Shown here: positions 1-8,362 of the stretch, in pieces
Numbering within the stretch: position 1 is the stretch's first letter
Layout: each line of letters starts with the position of its first letter
NCBI GenBank assembly: GCA_045804485.1
Contig: JBJMNA010000028.1
Coordinates: 1-39,223 of the forward strand
Direction of reading: 5' to 3'
Length of the DNA: 39,223 bases
From: Chloroflexota bacterium
Lineage (GTDB): Bacteria > Chloroflexota > Limnocylindria > Limnocylindrales > CSP1-4
Program-made: the position numbers and the translations under genes
The notes under the pieces: generated by a model
What the model saw: only the letters and a program-made list of their open reading frames with translations
The model's database searches: none
Told to the model about the DNA's origin: nothing

Positions 1-1
1 C

Positions 2-562
2 GCCGGCGTCCATCCCTCCGTCCAGCGCGTCGTCGATGCCGCTGCGGCACGGGGCGTCACGCTCGACGTCGTGACGTTCGACGAGTCCACGCACACGGCG
101 GTCGAGGCGGCCGCTGCCGTCGGCGCGGAGCTCGGCCAGATCGTCAAGTCGCTCGTGTTCGTCGTCCCGCGGGACGGTGGGCCGGAACCCGTCCTGTGCC
201 TCGTCGCCGGCCACAACCGTGTGGACGTGGGTCGCCTTGCGGCAGTCACCAGCGCGCCCGACATCCGGCGCGCGACCGCCCGAGAGGTCCACGACCTGAC
301 GGGGTTCGCCATCGGTGGGGTCCCACCGATCGGGTTGCCCGGCGCCGTCCGCGTCGTCATGGACCCCGACCTCGAGAGCTACGACATCGTGTGGGCGGCG
401 GCGGGTCTCTCGACGACGGTGTTCGCGGTCGCGCCTGCGACGCTTCGCGACCTCGCCGACGCGAGGGTCGCGCCGATCGCCGAGCCGCGGACCGAGAACG
501 ACGCCGCGCGGGCGGCGAGGGCGCCCGACGCCGCCACTGCCCAGGCGTCCCAGCGCGAGTGA
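2..562 (+). CDS. YbaK/ProX-type aminoacyl-tRNA editing (deacylase) domain protein, 5' end cut by window edge
   Basis: The frame is open from base 2 (AGVHPSVQRVVDAAAARGVTLDVVTFDEST...). The layout VTLDVVTF...GQIVKSLVFV...GFAIGGVPPIG...VWAAAG parallels E. coli YbaK (ISFQIHTY...QVYKTLLV...GYLVGGISPLG). The GTG at 71 in the ORF track is probably internal. The tail is Ala/Arg-rich. Confidence 0.75.
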   Translation, partial: AGVHPSVQRVVDAAAARGVTLDVVTFDESTHTAVEAAAAVGAELGQIVKSLVFVVPRDGGPEPVLCLVAGHNRVDVGRLAAVTSAPDIRRATAREVHDLTGFAIGGVPPIGLPGAVRVVMDPDLESYDIVWAAAGLSTTVFAVAPATLRDLADARVAPIAEPRTENDAARAARAPDAATAQASQRE

Positions 563-1131
563 CGGCAGAACCGCGCAACGCGACGGTCACTTACCCGGGC
601 GGGCTCCGAGCCCGCTGGCGCTGGGGCGGAAGTGGGTCGGCCGCGGAGGTGTTCGCACTGTCGGAGGTGGGCGGCTCGCTGGTCGACCTCGGGCCGTCCG
701 TGTCGCCGGACCCGGACGCGCTCTGCCGCGCCGAGCTCCGGGTCGAAGGGCCGCGGGGAGCATGGACCGTCCGCTTCGCCTCCCTCATCAGCGATGACCC
801 GCGCGGTTTGCACTGGGACACGGCAGGCCTGCTGGTGTGTGCCTACGGCTTCCACACGTATGGTCTCGAGACGGCGACCGGCGAACGCCGCTGGGATCAT
901 CGCTCCGCCACGCCGATCCACGCACTCCTCGGGTCGCCCCGACTGGCACATGTCGTCGTCGCCGCGGAGCTCGAGACCTTCGCGATCGAACCCGACGGCA
1001 CCGTCGCGTGGCGCGTGGCGCATTCCGATGTCGTCACCGGCGCCGAACTCGTCGGTGGCAGGCTGATCCTGACGAGCTTCGCCGGGCAGGTCAGCGCGCT
1101 GGACCCCGCGACCGGGCGGCAGGCCGGTTGA
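559..1131 (+). CDS. hypothetical protein with short PQQ/BamB-like beta-propeller repeats
   Basis: GTG at 559 overlaps the preceding TGA (GTGA). There are repeated G-x-L/V-x-A-x-D-x-x-T/D-G-x-x-x-W-like units (YGLETATGERRWD, FAIEPDGTVAWR, VSALDPATGRQ). The upstream part of ORF 196..1131 overlaps the YbaK gene and looks like Arg-rich GC artefact. Confidence 0.55.
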   Translation: MTAEPRNATVTYPGGLRARWRWGGSGSAAEVFALSEVGGSLVDLGPSVSPDPDALCRAELRVEGPRGAWTVRFASLISDDPRGLHWDTAGLLVCAYGFHTYGLETATGERRWDHRSATPIHALLGSPRLAHVVVAAELETFAIEPDGTVAWRVAHSDVVTGAELVGGRLILTSFAGQVSALDPATGRQAG

Positions 1132-1141
1132 CCACCGTCGT

Positions 1142-1233
1142 TGGACGCGCGCTGTGGACGCGTTGTGGACAACCGTCTCAACTGCCCGCGATTCCGTGGA
1201 TGAGGTGGATTGACCGGACCGCTCGCGGACCGC
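1142..1233. repeat. array of short direct repeats TGGAC / GTGGAT / GGACCGC in an intergenic region
   Basis: TGGAC(GCG) occurs at 1142, 1155 and 1166. GTGGAT occurs at 1196 and 1205. GGACCGC occurs at 1216 and 1227. Spacings are 9-13 bp. Confidence 0.4.
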
Positions 1234-1350
1234 ACCATTCGACCCAGCCCGAAGGGGCCGAGCGAGACTAACGGCTGAGATCGCCTCAAGGCCCACGTCC
1301 CGCGGAGGTTCCTTCGGGCCCTTTCATGTCCGGCGGGTATCATCGCCGCC

Positions 1351-2064
1351 GTGTCCCCCCTGATCCCCCTCGTCGCGGGCGTCGCGGCGCTGCTTGCCGG
1401 CGTCCTCGTCCAACGGACCGAGGGACCGAGACATCGCGTCGGCCGCCTGCTCGCGGTGACCCGGACCGCGACGATCGCCGAGGCGCTTGCGATGGCGACG
1501 GGTCCCGCCCGGTACGTCCGCGTGAGCGGCCGGATCGACGCTGAGGACGAGTTCGAGGACGACGCGCATCGGCCGCTCGTCTTTCGCCGGACCCAGCTCC
1601 AACTCCGAACCGCGCGCGGATGGGACGTCTTCGAGGATCGTCGCGAGCGGGTCGATTTCGAGATTCGCGATGGTCTCGAGGCGATCGCCGTCGACGACAC
1701 CGCACTGGACGCGGGGCTCGTCGTCGTCCCTCGGGAATCGGTGGGGACCGCGGCGGACGTCGCCGACCGCGTGCCGGCCGGGACGGCGCCGTCCACTCCC
1801 GTCCGCCTCCGGATCGACCAGGTGTCGTCCGTCGAGCATGCCCACGTTCTCGGCGTTCCCAGCCTCGACCCAGCCGGCGCGCCGCGGATGTCGGCCGGGC
1901 TAGGCCGACCACTCATCCTCACGACGCTCGAACCCGACGAGGCGATGCGCGTCCTGACCGAGGGCGGGCGACGTCGGCCGCTGATCGCCGCTGCCTGCCT
2001 GGTCGCCGGGTTGGCGTTCATCGCGGTCTCCGGACTGCTGGCCGTCATCGGGGCGATCGCGTGA
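1351..2064 (+). CDS. two-TM membrane protein, GIDE-like topology (N- and C-terminal TM helices flanking a soluble domain)
   Basis: GTG start. There is an N-terminal TM (LIPLVAGVAALLAGVLV) and a C-terminal TM (LIAAACLVAGLAFIAVSGLLAVIGAIA). The central segment (VRVSGRIDAEDEFEDD...FRRTQLQL...VDFEIRDGLEAIAVD) resembles bacterial GIDE-domain proteins. TATCAT at 1338-1343 lies 7 nt before the GTG, suggesting a leaderless mRNA. Confidence 0.6.
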   Translation: MSPLIPLVAGVAALLAGVLVQRTEGPRHRVGRLLAVTRTATIAEALAMATGPARYVRVSGRIDAEDEFEDDAHRPLVFRRTQLQLRTARGWDVFEDRRERVDFEIRDGLEAIAVDDTALDAGLVVVPRESVGTAADVADRVPAGTAPSTPVRLRIDQVSSVEHAHVLGVPSLDPAGAPRMSAGLGRPLILTTLEPDEAMRVLTEGGRRRPLIAAACLVAGLAFIAVSGLLAVIGAIA

Positions 2065-2297
2065 AGCGGGGCCTCGCGGCGGTCGGGAGCCTCGCCGCCT
2101 GGCTCATGTTCGCCGCGACCGCCGTCGCTGCATCGCCGACCCCGCCGCCAGCGGGTGGCGACCCCCGCAGCTCCGGCCAGGGGCCGGGGCTCGTCGGCGA
2201 TCCTCTCTTCGCCCTCGCCGCAGTCATCGCGATCGGAGTCGTCTCCGTCGCCGCGACGCTGGTCTACGTTCGGCTGACGGCGAACCGGAGCGCCTGA
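2061..2297 (+). CDS. small secreted/membrane-anchored protein (signal peptide, Pro/Gly-rich segment, C-terminal TM)
   Basis: GTG at 2061 overlaps the stop of the previous gene (GTGA). Translation is VKRGLAAVGSLAAWLMFAATAVAASPTPPPAGGDPRSSGQGPGLVGDPLFALAAVIAIGVVSVAATLVYV. The rest of ORF 1620..2297 overlaps the upstream gene out of frame. Confidence 0.5.
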   Translation: MKRGLAAVGSLAAWLMFAATAVAASPTPPPAGGDPRSSGQGPGLVGDPLFALAAVIAIGVVSVAATLVYVRLTANRSA

Positions 2298-2341
2298 TAC
2301 GTGGTCGCCGACGCGCGACGAGCGGCGGGACCATCGGCCTA

Positions 2342-2369
2342 TTGGCAAGAAGTGTGAGATTGGTAGTCT
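2342..2369 (+). promoter_or_regulatory. sigma70/SigA-like promoter for the HTH-GAF-GGDEF gene
   Basis: TTGGCA (2342-2347), a 16-nt spacer, then TAGTCT (2364-2369) preceded by TGG (extended -10-like). It lies in a locally AT-richer patch, about 36 nt upstream of the GTG at 2405. Confidence 0.4.
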
Positions 2370-2404
2370 CGACGCGCTGAGTTCACATTTCCTCTGACGA
2401 GACA

Positions 2405-5338
2405 GTGCCGACGACCCTTCCGCCACGACCACCGGACGCCACCCTTTCGGTCACCAAGGCCGCCAGGCTGCTTGGCGTGCATCCGAACACGATCCGAGCG
2501 TGGAGCGACGCCGGTCGGCTGCGCTACTACCGGATCAATCCTCGCGGCGATCGCCGCTATCGGCTCGGTGATCTCCAGCGATTCCTCGCAGCGGCCGAGA
2601 CCGGCGCCATGGACGGCGTCCCGACACTCTCGTCGGGCACCTGGGGCGGCCGACGGACCGTCGACCCCGCCGCGGCGGCGCGCTTCGGCACGGCCACGCG
2701 CGGCATGGTCGAGGGGCGGGCCGATCCGCTCGATGCCGAGCGCAACCATCTCGACCTGTCCGTGGCGTCCGCTGTCATCCGCACCATCACAGGCTCTGCC
2801 GACGCCGACGAGGCGCTCGAGACCGCCGTTCGGACGGTCCGCGACGCGTACGGCCATCACCTCGTCGCGGTCTGGCAGGCGCGCGGCGACCGGCTGGTGC
2901 CACGTTCCGTCGCCAGCGCCGACGTCGCCGGGCCATTCCGACTGGCTGACGTCTCGACTCGGTACGGTGTCCTCGGCAAGACCCTCGCGATGGCGGCGAG
3001 CCGGCCGCCGACCGGTCGGACGCCACTGCCGGCCGTGCTTCTTGACGAGCCCGACCAGACGACGCCCGCGATCCTGCCCGACGGTCGGCCCGAGCTGGCC
3101 GTCGCGATCTCCGATGGCCGTGAGCCGTGGGGCGCACTGCTGGTCGTCGGCGAGACGCCGGGCTCGCTCGGGAGCCGGGACATCGATGTCGCGCGCGTCG
3201 TCGCCGACGCCGTCGGCGCGTCGATCGCCGCCGCACAGCGTGCCGACGAGGTCGCGCATCTCCTCCATCGAGCGGAGGCGCTCAGTCGCGTCGCGAGCGA
3301 CATCGGTTCACGGCTCGATCTCGACCGGATCCTGTCCGGTCTCGTCGACCACGCGATGGTGCTGTTCGAGGGCGACCGCGGCGCTGTCCTCCTGCTGCGG
3401 GCCGACGGGCACGTCGTGGCCGAGGTCAGCCGCGGCCTGTCGTCGGTCTACCTCGACCAGATCCGCGACATCCCCGCCCGGAGCCTGCCGAGTGCCGCGA
3501 TCGTGGCGCGCCGGCCGATGTTCGCCGTCGGCTATCGGGACGACCCGCGGGCCGAGGCGGTCCGTGCGGCCGTGGTCCAGGAAGGCTTCGACACGCTTTG
3601 CACGGCACCGCTGCTCGACGGCACGGACCTCCTCGGCATGCTCGACATCTACCACGACCGGCCACATCACTGGACGGAGGACGAGCTCGACACCGTCGGC
3701 GCGCTAGCGACGCAGGCCAGCGTCGCGATCCGGGCAGCGCAGGACTTCGAGCGGATGGCGACGTGGGCTGCACAGCTCCAGTCGATCCAGCAGCTCGGTG
3801 CGCGGCTCAGCAGGCTCTCGAGCGTCAACGACATCGGTCGGTCGATCGCGAGCGAGCTACGCCAGCTCATCGACTACCACAACGCACGCGTCTACCGGCT
3901 CATCGGCCGCGACCTCATCCCGGTCGCGATGCTCGGCCAGGTCGGCGAATACGTCGACGAGACGCCCGACCAGCTCCGGCTGGCGCTCGGCGAGGGCATC
4001 ACCGGCTGGGTCGCGGAGAACCGGATCGCCCAGAAGCTCGGCAATGCCGCCGCCGACCCGCGGGCCTCGACGATCCCCGGCACGGAGGACGACCTCGACG
4101 AGTCGATGCTGCTCGCGCCGATGGTCTTCGACGACAAGGTCCTCGGCGTGCTGGTCCTGTCGAAGCTCGGGCTCGACCGGTTCACCGATGACGACCTGCG
4201 GCTCCTCGTCATCTATGCGAGCTTCGCGGCGCAGGCGATGGCGAACGCCGACACGACCGAGCGTCTTCGCGAGCAGACGCTCGCCCTCGAACAGCAGCTC
4301 CGCGGGCAGCGCGAGCTCCTCCAGATCACCGAATCGATCCTGACGAAGCTCGATGCGAGAAGCGTCCTCGAGAGCGTGACCGAGCGCCTCGAACGACTGA
4401 TCGTCTCGGACAACGTCGCGATCGAGCTGGTCGATCCGGCCACGGGGCTGCTCACGCCACTGACGGCGCGTGGCGTGGATGCCGACTCGTACATGGAGCC
4501 GTGGGAGCCCGGCGAGACCGGCGCCGCGACCTGGGTCGTCGAGCACAACGAGCCGCTCCTGATCCGCGATGAGCGGAACGATTCCCGGGTCAACCAGTTC
4601 AGGACGGACAACGGCGCGGTCGACGGCAGTCTCATCGTCGTGCCGCTCCGCGGTCGCGACGTCGCGGTCGGCGTTCTGACCATCGAACGGCTCGGTCTCG
4701 CGAACGCCTTCTCGGCCGAGGAGTTCGAGCTCGCCCAGCTGTTCGCCGCACAGGTGTCGATCGCGCTCCAGAACGCCGAGGTGTTCGAGGCGGTCGAGAT
4801 CCGTGCCAGGACCGACGACCTGACCGGGTTGTTCAACCACGGGACGTTCCAGGAGTGGCTCGAGCGGAGCGCCCGCGAGGACACGCCGTTCAGCCTGATC
4901 ATGCTCGACCTCGACGACTTCCGGCTCGTCAACAACGAACGCGGCCACCAGGCGGGTGACGCGCTGCTGCGCCGGATCGCGGCCGCGCTCGTCGGCGCCG
5001 GCCGCGACACCGATCTCGTGTTCCGTTATGGCGGCGACGAGTTCACGTTCCTTCTCCCGCATACGGAGGAGGCCGGAGCGCTCCAGGTTGCCGAACGCGC
5101 TCGCCAGGCCGTCGTGAGCGTCGACCTGACGGTCAGTGCCTCGATCGGCGTCGCCACGTTCCCAGCCGATGGCCAGACGGCGAGGGAGGTCCTGCTCGCC
5201 GCCGACCGCGCATGTTTCGTCGCGAAGCGAAGCGGCCGCGACCGGATCGCGACCGCCGCCGAGGGCCTCGCGCTCGCGGCCGAGTTCTCGCTCCAGGAGC
5301 CGACGCCGGTCGATTCGGCGACCACGCCGCCGACGTAG
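2405..5338 (+). CDS. HTH (MerR/excisionase-type) - 4x GAF - GGDEF diguanylate cyclase
   Basis: The N-terminus LSVTKAARLLGVHPNTIRAWSDAGRLRYYRINPRGDRRYRLGDLQRF is an excisionase/MerR-type HTH. Four GAF-like modules follow (approx aa 100-285, 290-450, 455-625, 635-800). The C-terminus reads DDLTGLFNHGTF...LIMLDLDDFRLVNNERGHQAGDALL...RDTDLVFRYGGDEFTFLLP, with an intact GGDEF and an RxxD I-site 5 residues upstream. Confidence 0.9.
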   Translation: MPTTLPPRPPDATLSVTKAARLLGVHPNTIRAWSDAGRLRYYRINPRGDRRYRLGDLQRFLAAAETGAMDGVPTLSSGTWGGRRTVDPAAAARFGTATRGMVEGRADPLDAERNHLDLSVASAVIRTITGSADADEALETAVRTVRDAYGHHLVAVWQARGDRLVPRSVASADVAGPFRLADVSTRYGVLGKTLAMAASRPPTGRTPLPAVLLDEPDQTTPAILPDGRPELAVAISDGREPWGALLVVGETPGSLGSRDIDVARVVADAVGASIAAAQRADEVAHLLHRAEALSRVASDIGSRLDLDRILSGLVDHAMVLFEGDRGAVLLLRADGHVVAEVSRGLSSVYLDQIRDIPARSLPSAAIVARRPMFAVGYRDDPRAEAVRAAVVQEGFDTLCTAPLLDGTDLLGMLDIYHDRPHHWTEDELDTVGALATQASVAIRAAQDFERMATWAAQLQSIQQLGARLSRLSSVNDIGRSIASELRQLIDYHNARVYRLIGRDLIPVAMLGQVGEYVDETPDQLRLALGEGITGWVAENRIAQKLGNAAADPRASTIPGTEDDLDESMLLAPMVFDDKVLGVLVLSKLGLDRFTDDDLRLLVIYASFAAQAMANADTTERLREQTLALEQQLRGQRELLQITESILTKLDARSVLESVTERLERLIVSDNVAIELVDPATGLLTPLTARGVDADSYMEPWEPGETGAATWVVEHNEPLLIRDERNDSRVNQFRTDNGAVDGSLIVVPLRGRDVAVGVLTIERLGLANAFSAEEFELAQLFAAQVSIALQNAEVFEAVEIRARTDDLTGLFNHGTFQEWLERSAREDTPFSLIMLDLDDFRLVNNERGHQAGDALLRRIAAALVGAGRDTDLVFRYGGDEFTFLLPHTEEAGALQVAERARQAVVSVDLTVSASIGVATFPADGQTAREVLLAADRACFVAKRSGRDRIATAAEGLALAAEFSLQEPTPVDSATTPPT

Positions 5339-5400
5339 GCGCCGGGGGCCGTCGCGAGCGCCGTCACCACGATGTCCGTCGACCCGTCACCCTGAGCGAT

Positions 5401-5865
5401 ATGCGGACCCGCGTCCCGGCGATCGCCATCCTTGCCCTGGTCGTCGTCGCAGGATGCGTCCCGGACCCCGCGGCCCGTGCGCCCGCCGACCAGGGAGCGG
5501 CCGCGACGCCGATCGTCCGACCGACACCAGCCGGACCCACCCCGACGCCATCGTTCGTCCGGCCGACCCCGACGCCACAGCCGACCTTCTTCGTCTACAC
5601 CGTCCACCGTGGCGACACGCTGAGCAGGATCGCGCGCCTCTACGGCACCGACGGTCGGAGCATCGCGTACTGGAACCGAGTGGCCCACCCGTCCCTGGAC
5701 CCCGACTCCGGCTCGTACAAGCCCGACTACGTCGCGGTCGGCTGGCAGTTGCAGCTGATCCCGGGCACCGTCGTCGACCCCGAGAACCTGCCGCCGGGTG
5801 CTGCGACCCCGGCGCCGGCAGTCACCGCGCAACCCGAGGAGAGCGACGTCCCGATCGAGGGCTGA
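5401..5865 (+). CDS. LysM domain lipoprotein
   Basis: ATG at 5401. The signal peptide has a lipobox (MRTRVPAIAILALVVVAGC), followed by a Pro/Thr-rich linker and then a LysM motif (YTVHRGDTLSRIARLYGTDGRSIAYWN). Confidence 0.8.
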   Translation: MRTRVPAIAILALVVVAGCVPDPAARAPADQGAAATPIVRPTPAGPTPTPSFVRPTPTPQPTFFVYTVHRGDTLSRIARLYGTDGRSIAYWNRVAHPSLDPDSGSYKPDYVAVGWQLQLIPGTVVDPENLPPGAATPAPAVTAQPEESDVPIEG

Positions 5866-5899
5866 CCTCGTCGGCGCGGGTCGCGCTATCGTGGCGTCG

Positions 5900-6664
5900 A
5901 TGCCATCGTCGTCGTCCCACCCCACGCCGCGAGTCGTCGTCACGGTTGCCGTCGCCGCTCGCCAGCCGGATCCCGATCTGTCCGAGCGCCGCAATGCGCT
6001 CTATGCCGCCGCCGTCAGCCGGCACGGCGGGACGCCGATCGTGCTCGACGCGACGAGCACGGCCGGCGAGCGCGCGGAAGCATTCCGGACGATGGACGCG
6101 CTGCTCCTGAGTGGCGGCGCCGACCTCCATCCGGAGAGATACGGGCGACCGGACCGCGGCTCGACGACGGTCGAGCCGGATCGGGACGCGCTGGAGGCGG
6201 AAGCGTGGGAGGCGTCGCAGGCGGGCGGCCGGCCCGTGCTCGGGATCTGTCGCGGCTTCGAGGCCATCAACGTCTTCTCTGGCGGGACGCTGCTCCAGCA
6301 CGTGGACGGTCACCAGGGACCTCGCTGGGGCAAGGGACCGGCCCTCGTGCATCCGCTCCGTGTCGCGTCCGGGACGCGCCTGGCGCGCATCCTGTCGCCG
6401 ACCAACATCGGCGCCGCGGTCGTTCGGGTCAACTCGTACCACCACCAGGCCGTCCGGCGGGAGGACCTCGCGCCGGGTCTCGTCGCCAACGCCTGGGCGA
6501 GCAGTCCCGCCGGCGATCTCGTGGAAGGTCTCGAGGCAGCGGATGGCCGGTTCGTGATCGCGCTGCAGTGCCATCCCGAACGCCAGGAGTCGACGCCACG
6601 CGCCTTCGAGCGGTTGTTCAGCGTGTTCGTCGACGCTGCCCGGGGACCCGCCGACCGACGCTGA
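5900..6664 (+). CDS. class I glutamine amidotransferase, gamma-glutamyl-GABA hydrolase (PuuD/peptidase C26) family
   Basis: LLLSGGADLHPERYG, the nucleophile elbow LGICRGFEAINV, NSYHHQAV, and the His/Glu pair in LQCHPER. An in-frame GTG at 5891 is an alternative start. Confidence 0.85.
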   Translation: MPSSSSHPTPRVVVTVAVAARQPDPDLSERRNALYAAAVSRHGGTPIVLDATSTAGERAEAFRTMDALLLSGGADLHPERYGRPDRGSTTVEPDRDALEAEAWEASQAGGRPVLGICRGFEAINVFSGGTLLQHVDGHQGPRWGKGPALVHPLRVASGTRLARILSPTNIGAAVVRVNSYHHQAVRREDLAPGLVANAWASSPAGDLVEGLEAADGRFVIALQCHPERQESTPRAFERLFSVFVDAARGPADRR

Positions 6665-6704
6665 ACGGGGCGCCCCACGGACGCGCGCCGCAGGTGTGGC
6701 CGGG

Positions 6705-7454
6705 CTAGAGCCTGCCAGCCTCGATGATCCGCTGGAGGAACTGGCGCGTCCGCGGTTCCGTGGGATCGGTGAGCACCCGGTCGGGTGGTCCCTCCTCGAC
6801 GATCCGGCCGTCATCGAGGAAGCAGATCCGGTCGGCGATATCTCGCGCGAATCCCATCTCGTGCGTCGCGATGACCATCGTCATCCCGGACACGGCGAGC
6901 TCGCGGATGACGTTGAGGACCTCGGCGACGAGCTCGGGGTCGAGCGCGCTCGTCACCTCGTCGAGGAGCAGCAGGTCGGGCTTCATCGCGAGCGCCCGGA
7001 CGATGGCGACGCGCTGTTGCTGCCCGCCCGACAGCCGGTCGGGGACCTCGTCGCGCTTGTCGCCGAGGCCGAACCGGGACAGGAGGTCCGTCGCTTCGGC
7101 GACGGCCTGCGCGGTTGGGACCTTGAGCGCCTTGCGCGGTGCGAGCGTGACGTTGTCGAGCACGGACATGTGCGGGAAGAGGTTGTACGACTGGAACACG
7201 ATGCCGATCCGTCGCCGGATGCGGTCGAGGTGGACGCCGTCCGCGGTGATCTCGTCGCCCTCGACGATGATCCGGCCGGCGTCGATGGGCTCGAGGAGGT
7301 TGATGCAGCGCAGGAGCGTCGACTTCCCCGATCCCGACGCGCCGATGAGGCAGACGACCTCGTGCTCGGCGACGACGAGGTCGATGCCGCGCAACACCTC
7401 GTTCGTACCGAAGGACTTGTAGAGACCCTCGATGCGGAGTGCCTCGGTCGTCAT
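6705..7454 (-). CDS. polar amino acid ABC transporter ATP-binding protein (GlnQ/HisP-like)
   Basis: Walker A GASGSGKST, Q-loop VFQSYNLF, signature LSGGQQQRVAIARAL-like (LSGGQQQRVAIVRAL), Walker B LLLLDEVTSALD and H-loop ATHEM. Only the last 249 codons of ORF 6705..8240 are used, starting at MTTEALRIEGLYKSFG. Confidence 0.92.
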   Translation of the reverse strand: MTTEALRIEGLYKSFGTNEVLRGIDLVVAEHEVVCLIGASGSGKSTLLRCINLLEPIDAGRIIVEGDEITADGVHLDRIRRRIGIVFQSYNLFPHMSVLDNVTLAPRKALKVPTAQAVAEATDLLSRFGLGDKRDEVPDRLSGGQQQRVAIVRALAMKPDLLLLDEVTSALDPELVAEVLNVIRELAVSGMTMVIATHEMGFARDIADRICFLDDGRIVEEGPPDRVLTDPTEPRTRQFLQRIIEAGRL

Positions 7455-8317
7455 CGGACGCCGGTCGCGCTCGAGCGCGCCTTGTCGCGCGCGACGAGTC
7501 TGTCGGTGAACCTCGCGAGCGGGATCGTGACGACGATGAAGACCAGCGCGACGCCGATGAGCGGCGTGAAGTTGAACGTGGCGGCCTGCTTGATCTGTGC
7601 CGTCCGGAAGATCTCGACGACGCCGATGTACGAGACGAGGACCGTGTCCTTCTGCAGCCCGATGAAATCGTTGAGCAGCGGCGGCACGACGCGACGCACC
7701 GCCTGCGGCAGGATCACGTGGCGCATCGACTGTGCTCGCGACAGGCCAAGCGACCGCGCCGCTGCGTCCTGGCTCGGGTGGACCGAGTCGATGCCTGCGC
7801 GATAGACCTCTGAGACGTAGGCCGAGTAGATCAGGGTCAGCGCCACGACAGCCCAGAAGAAGGCTTCGTTCGGGACGCCCGGGATGCCGAGCCCGGGGAT
7901 GCCGAAGCCGAGCACGTAGATGACGACGATGCCGGGCACCGCCCGGAAGATGTCGACGTAGGCGGTCGCGAGACCGCGGACCGGCGTGAAGACCGGGCCC
8001 GGCAGCCCGCGGAGGATCGCGACGAGCAGACCGAGCGGCAGGATGAGCGCCTCGGCGATCAGGAAGAGCTTCACGTTCGTCCAGAACGCCGCGACGATGC
8101 CCGGCAGGCTCGCCCAGAAGATCGGCCCGTCGAAGAAATCCTTCTGGACCTCGGCCCAGTTCGGGGCGTGGACGATGACCCATGCGAGCCCGCCGAGAAC
8201 GACGACCGTGCTGATGACCGCCGTCGCGGTCGCCCGCCATGAGGTCTTTGATCGGCGTTCCGGCACGAGTGCCGCCGGCGAGATCGGCGGGACGGACGAA
8301 GGCCCGCCGGCTGTCAC
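7451..8317 (-). CDS. amino acid ABC transporter permease (His/Glu/Gln/Arg/opine family)
   Basis: Multi-TM protein with an EAA-like loop (SVHPSQDAAARSLGLSRAQSMRHVILPQAVRRVVPPLLNDFIGLQKDT). It overlaps the ATPase start by 4 nt. Confidence 0.9.
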   Translation of the reverse strand: MTAGGPSSVPPISPAALVPERRSKTSWRATATAVISTVVVLGGLAWVIVHAPNWAEVQKDFFDGPIFWASLPGIVAAFWTNVKLFLIAEALILPLGLLVAILRGLPGPVFTPVRGLATAYVDIFRAVPGIVVIYVLGFGIPGLGIPGVPNEAFFWAVVALTLIYSAYVSEVYRAGIDSVHPSQDAAARSLGLSRAQSMRHVILPQAVRRVVPPLLNDFIGLQKDTVLVSYIGVVEIFRTAQIKQAATFNFTPLIGVALVFIVVTIPLARFTDRLVARDKARSSATGVR

Positions 8318-8362
8318 CCGCGGGCCTCCCGATCGGTCATGGCGGCGTGGAGCGGCCCGCGG

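Noticed and set aside
196-1131. 311-aa ORF spanning the YbaK gene and the downstream gene
   Set aside because: Its first ~120 codons overlap the well-supported YbaK frame and are Arg-rich. Only the portion from GTG 559 onward has protein-like composition and a start coupled to the YbaK stop.
1240-1335. Possible small RNA or terminator (AAGGCCC...GGGCCCTTT pairing) upstream of the GIDE-like gene
   Set aside because: The stem is imperfect and the loop long. It matches no known ncRNA signature I recognise, and nothing distinguishes it from random GC-rich pairing.
6665-6704. GGGGCGCCCC palindrome between the convergent amidotransferase and ABC ATPase genes as a bidirectional terminator
   Set aside because: The self-complementary 10-mer leaves no loop, and there are no flanking T or A tracts. 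The evidence is too weak to call.
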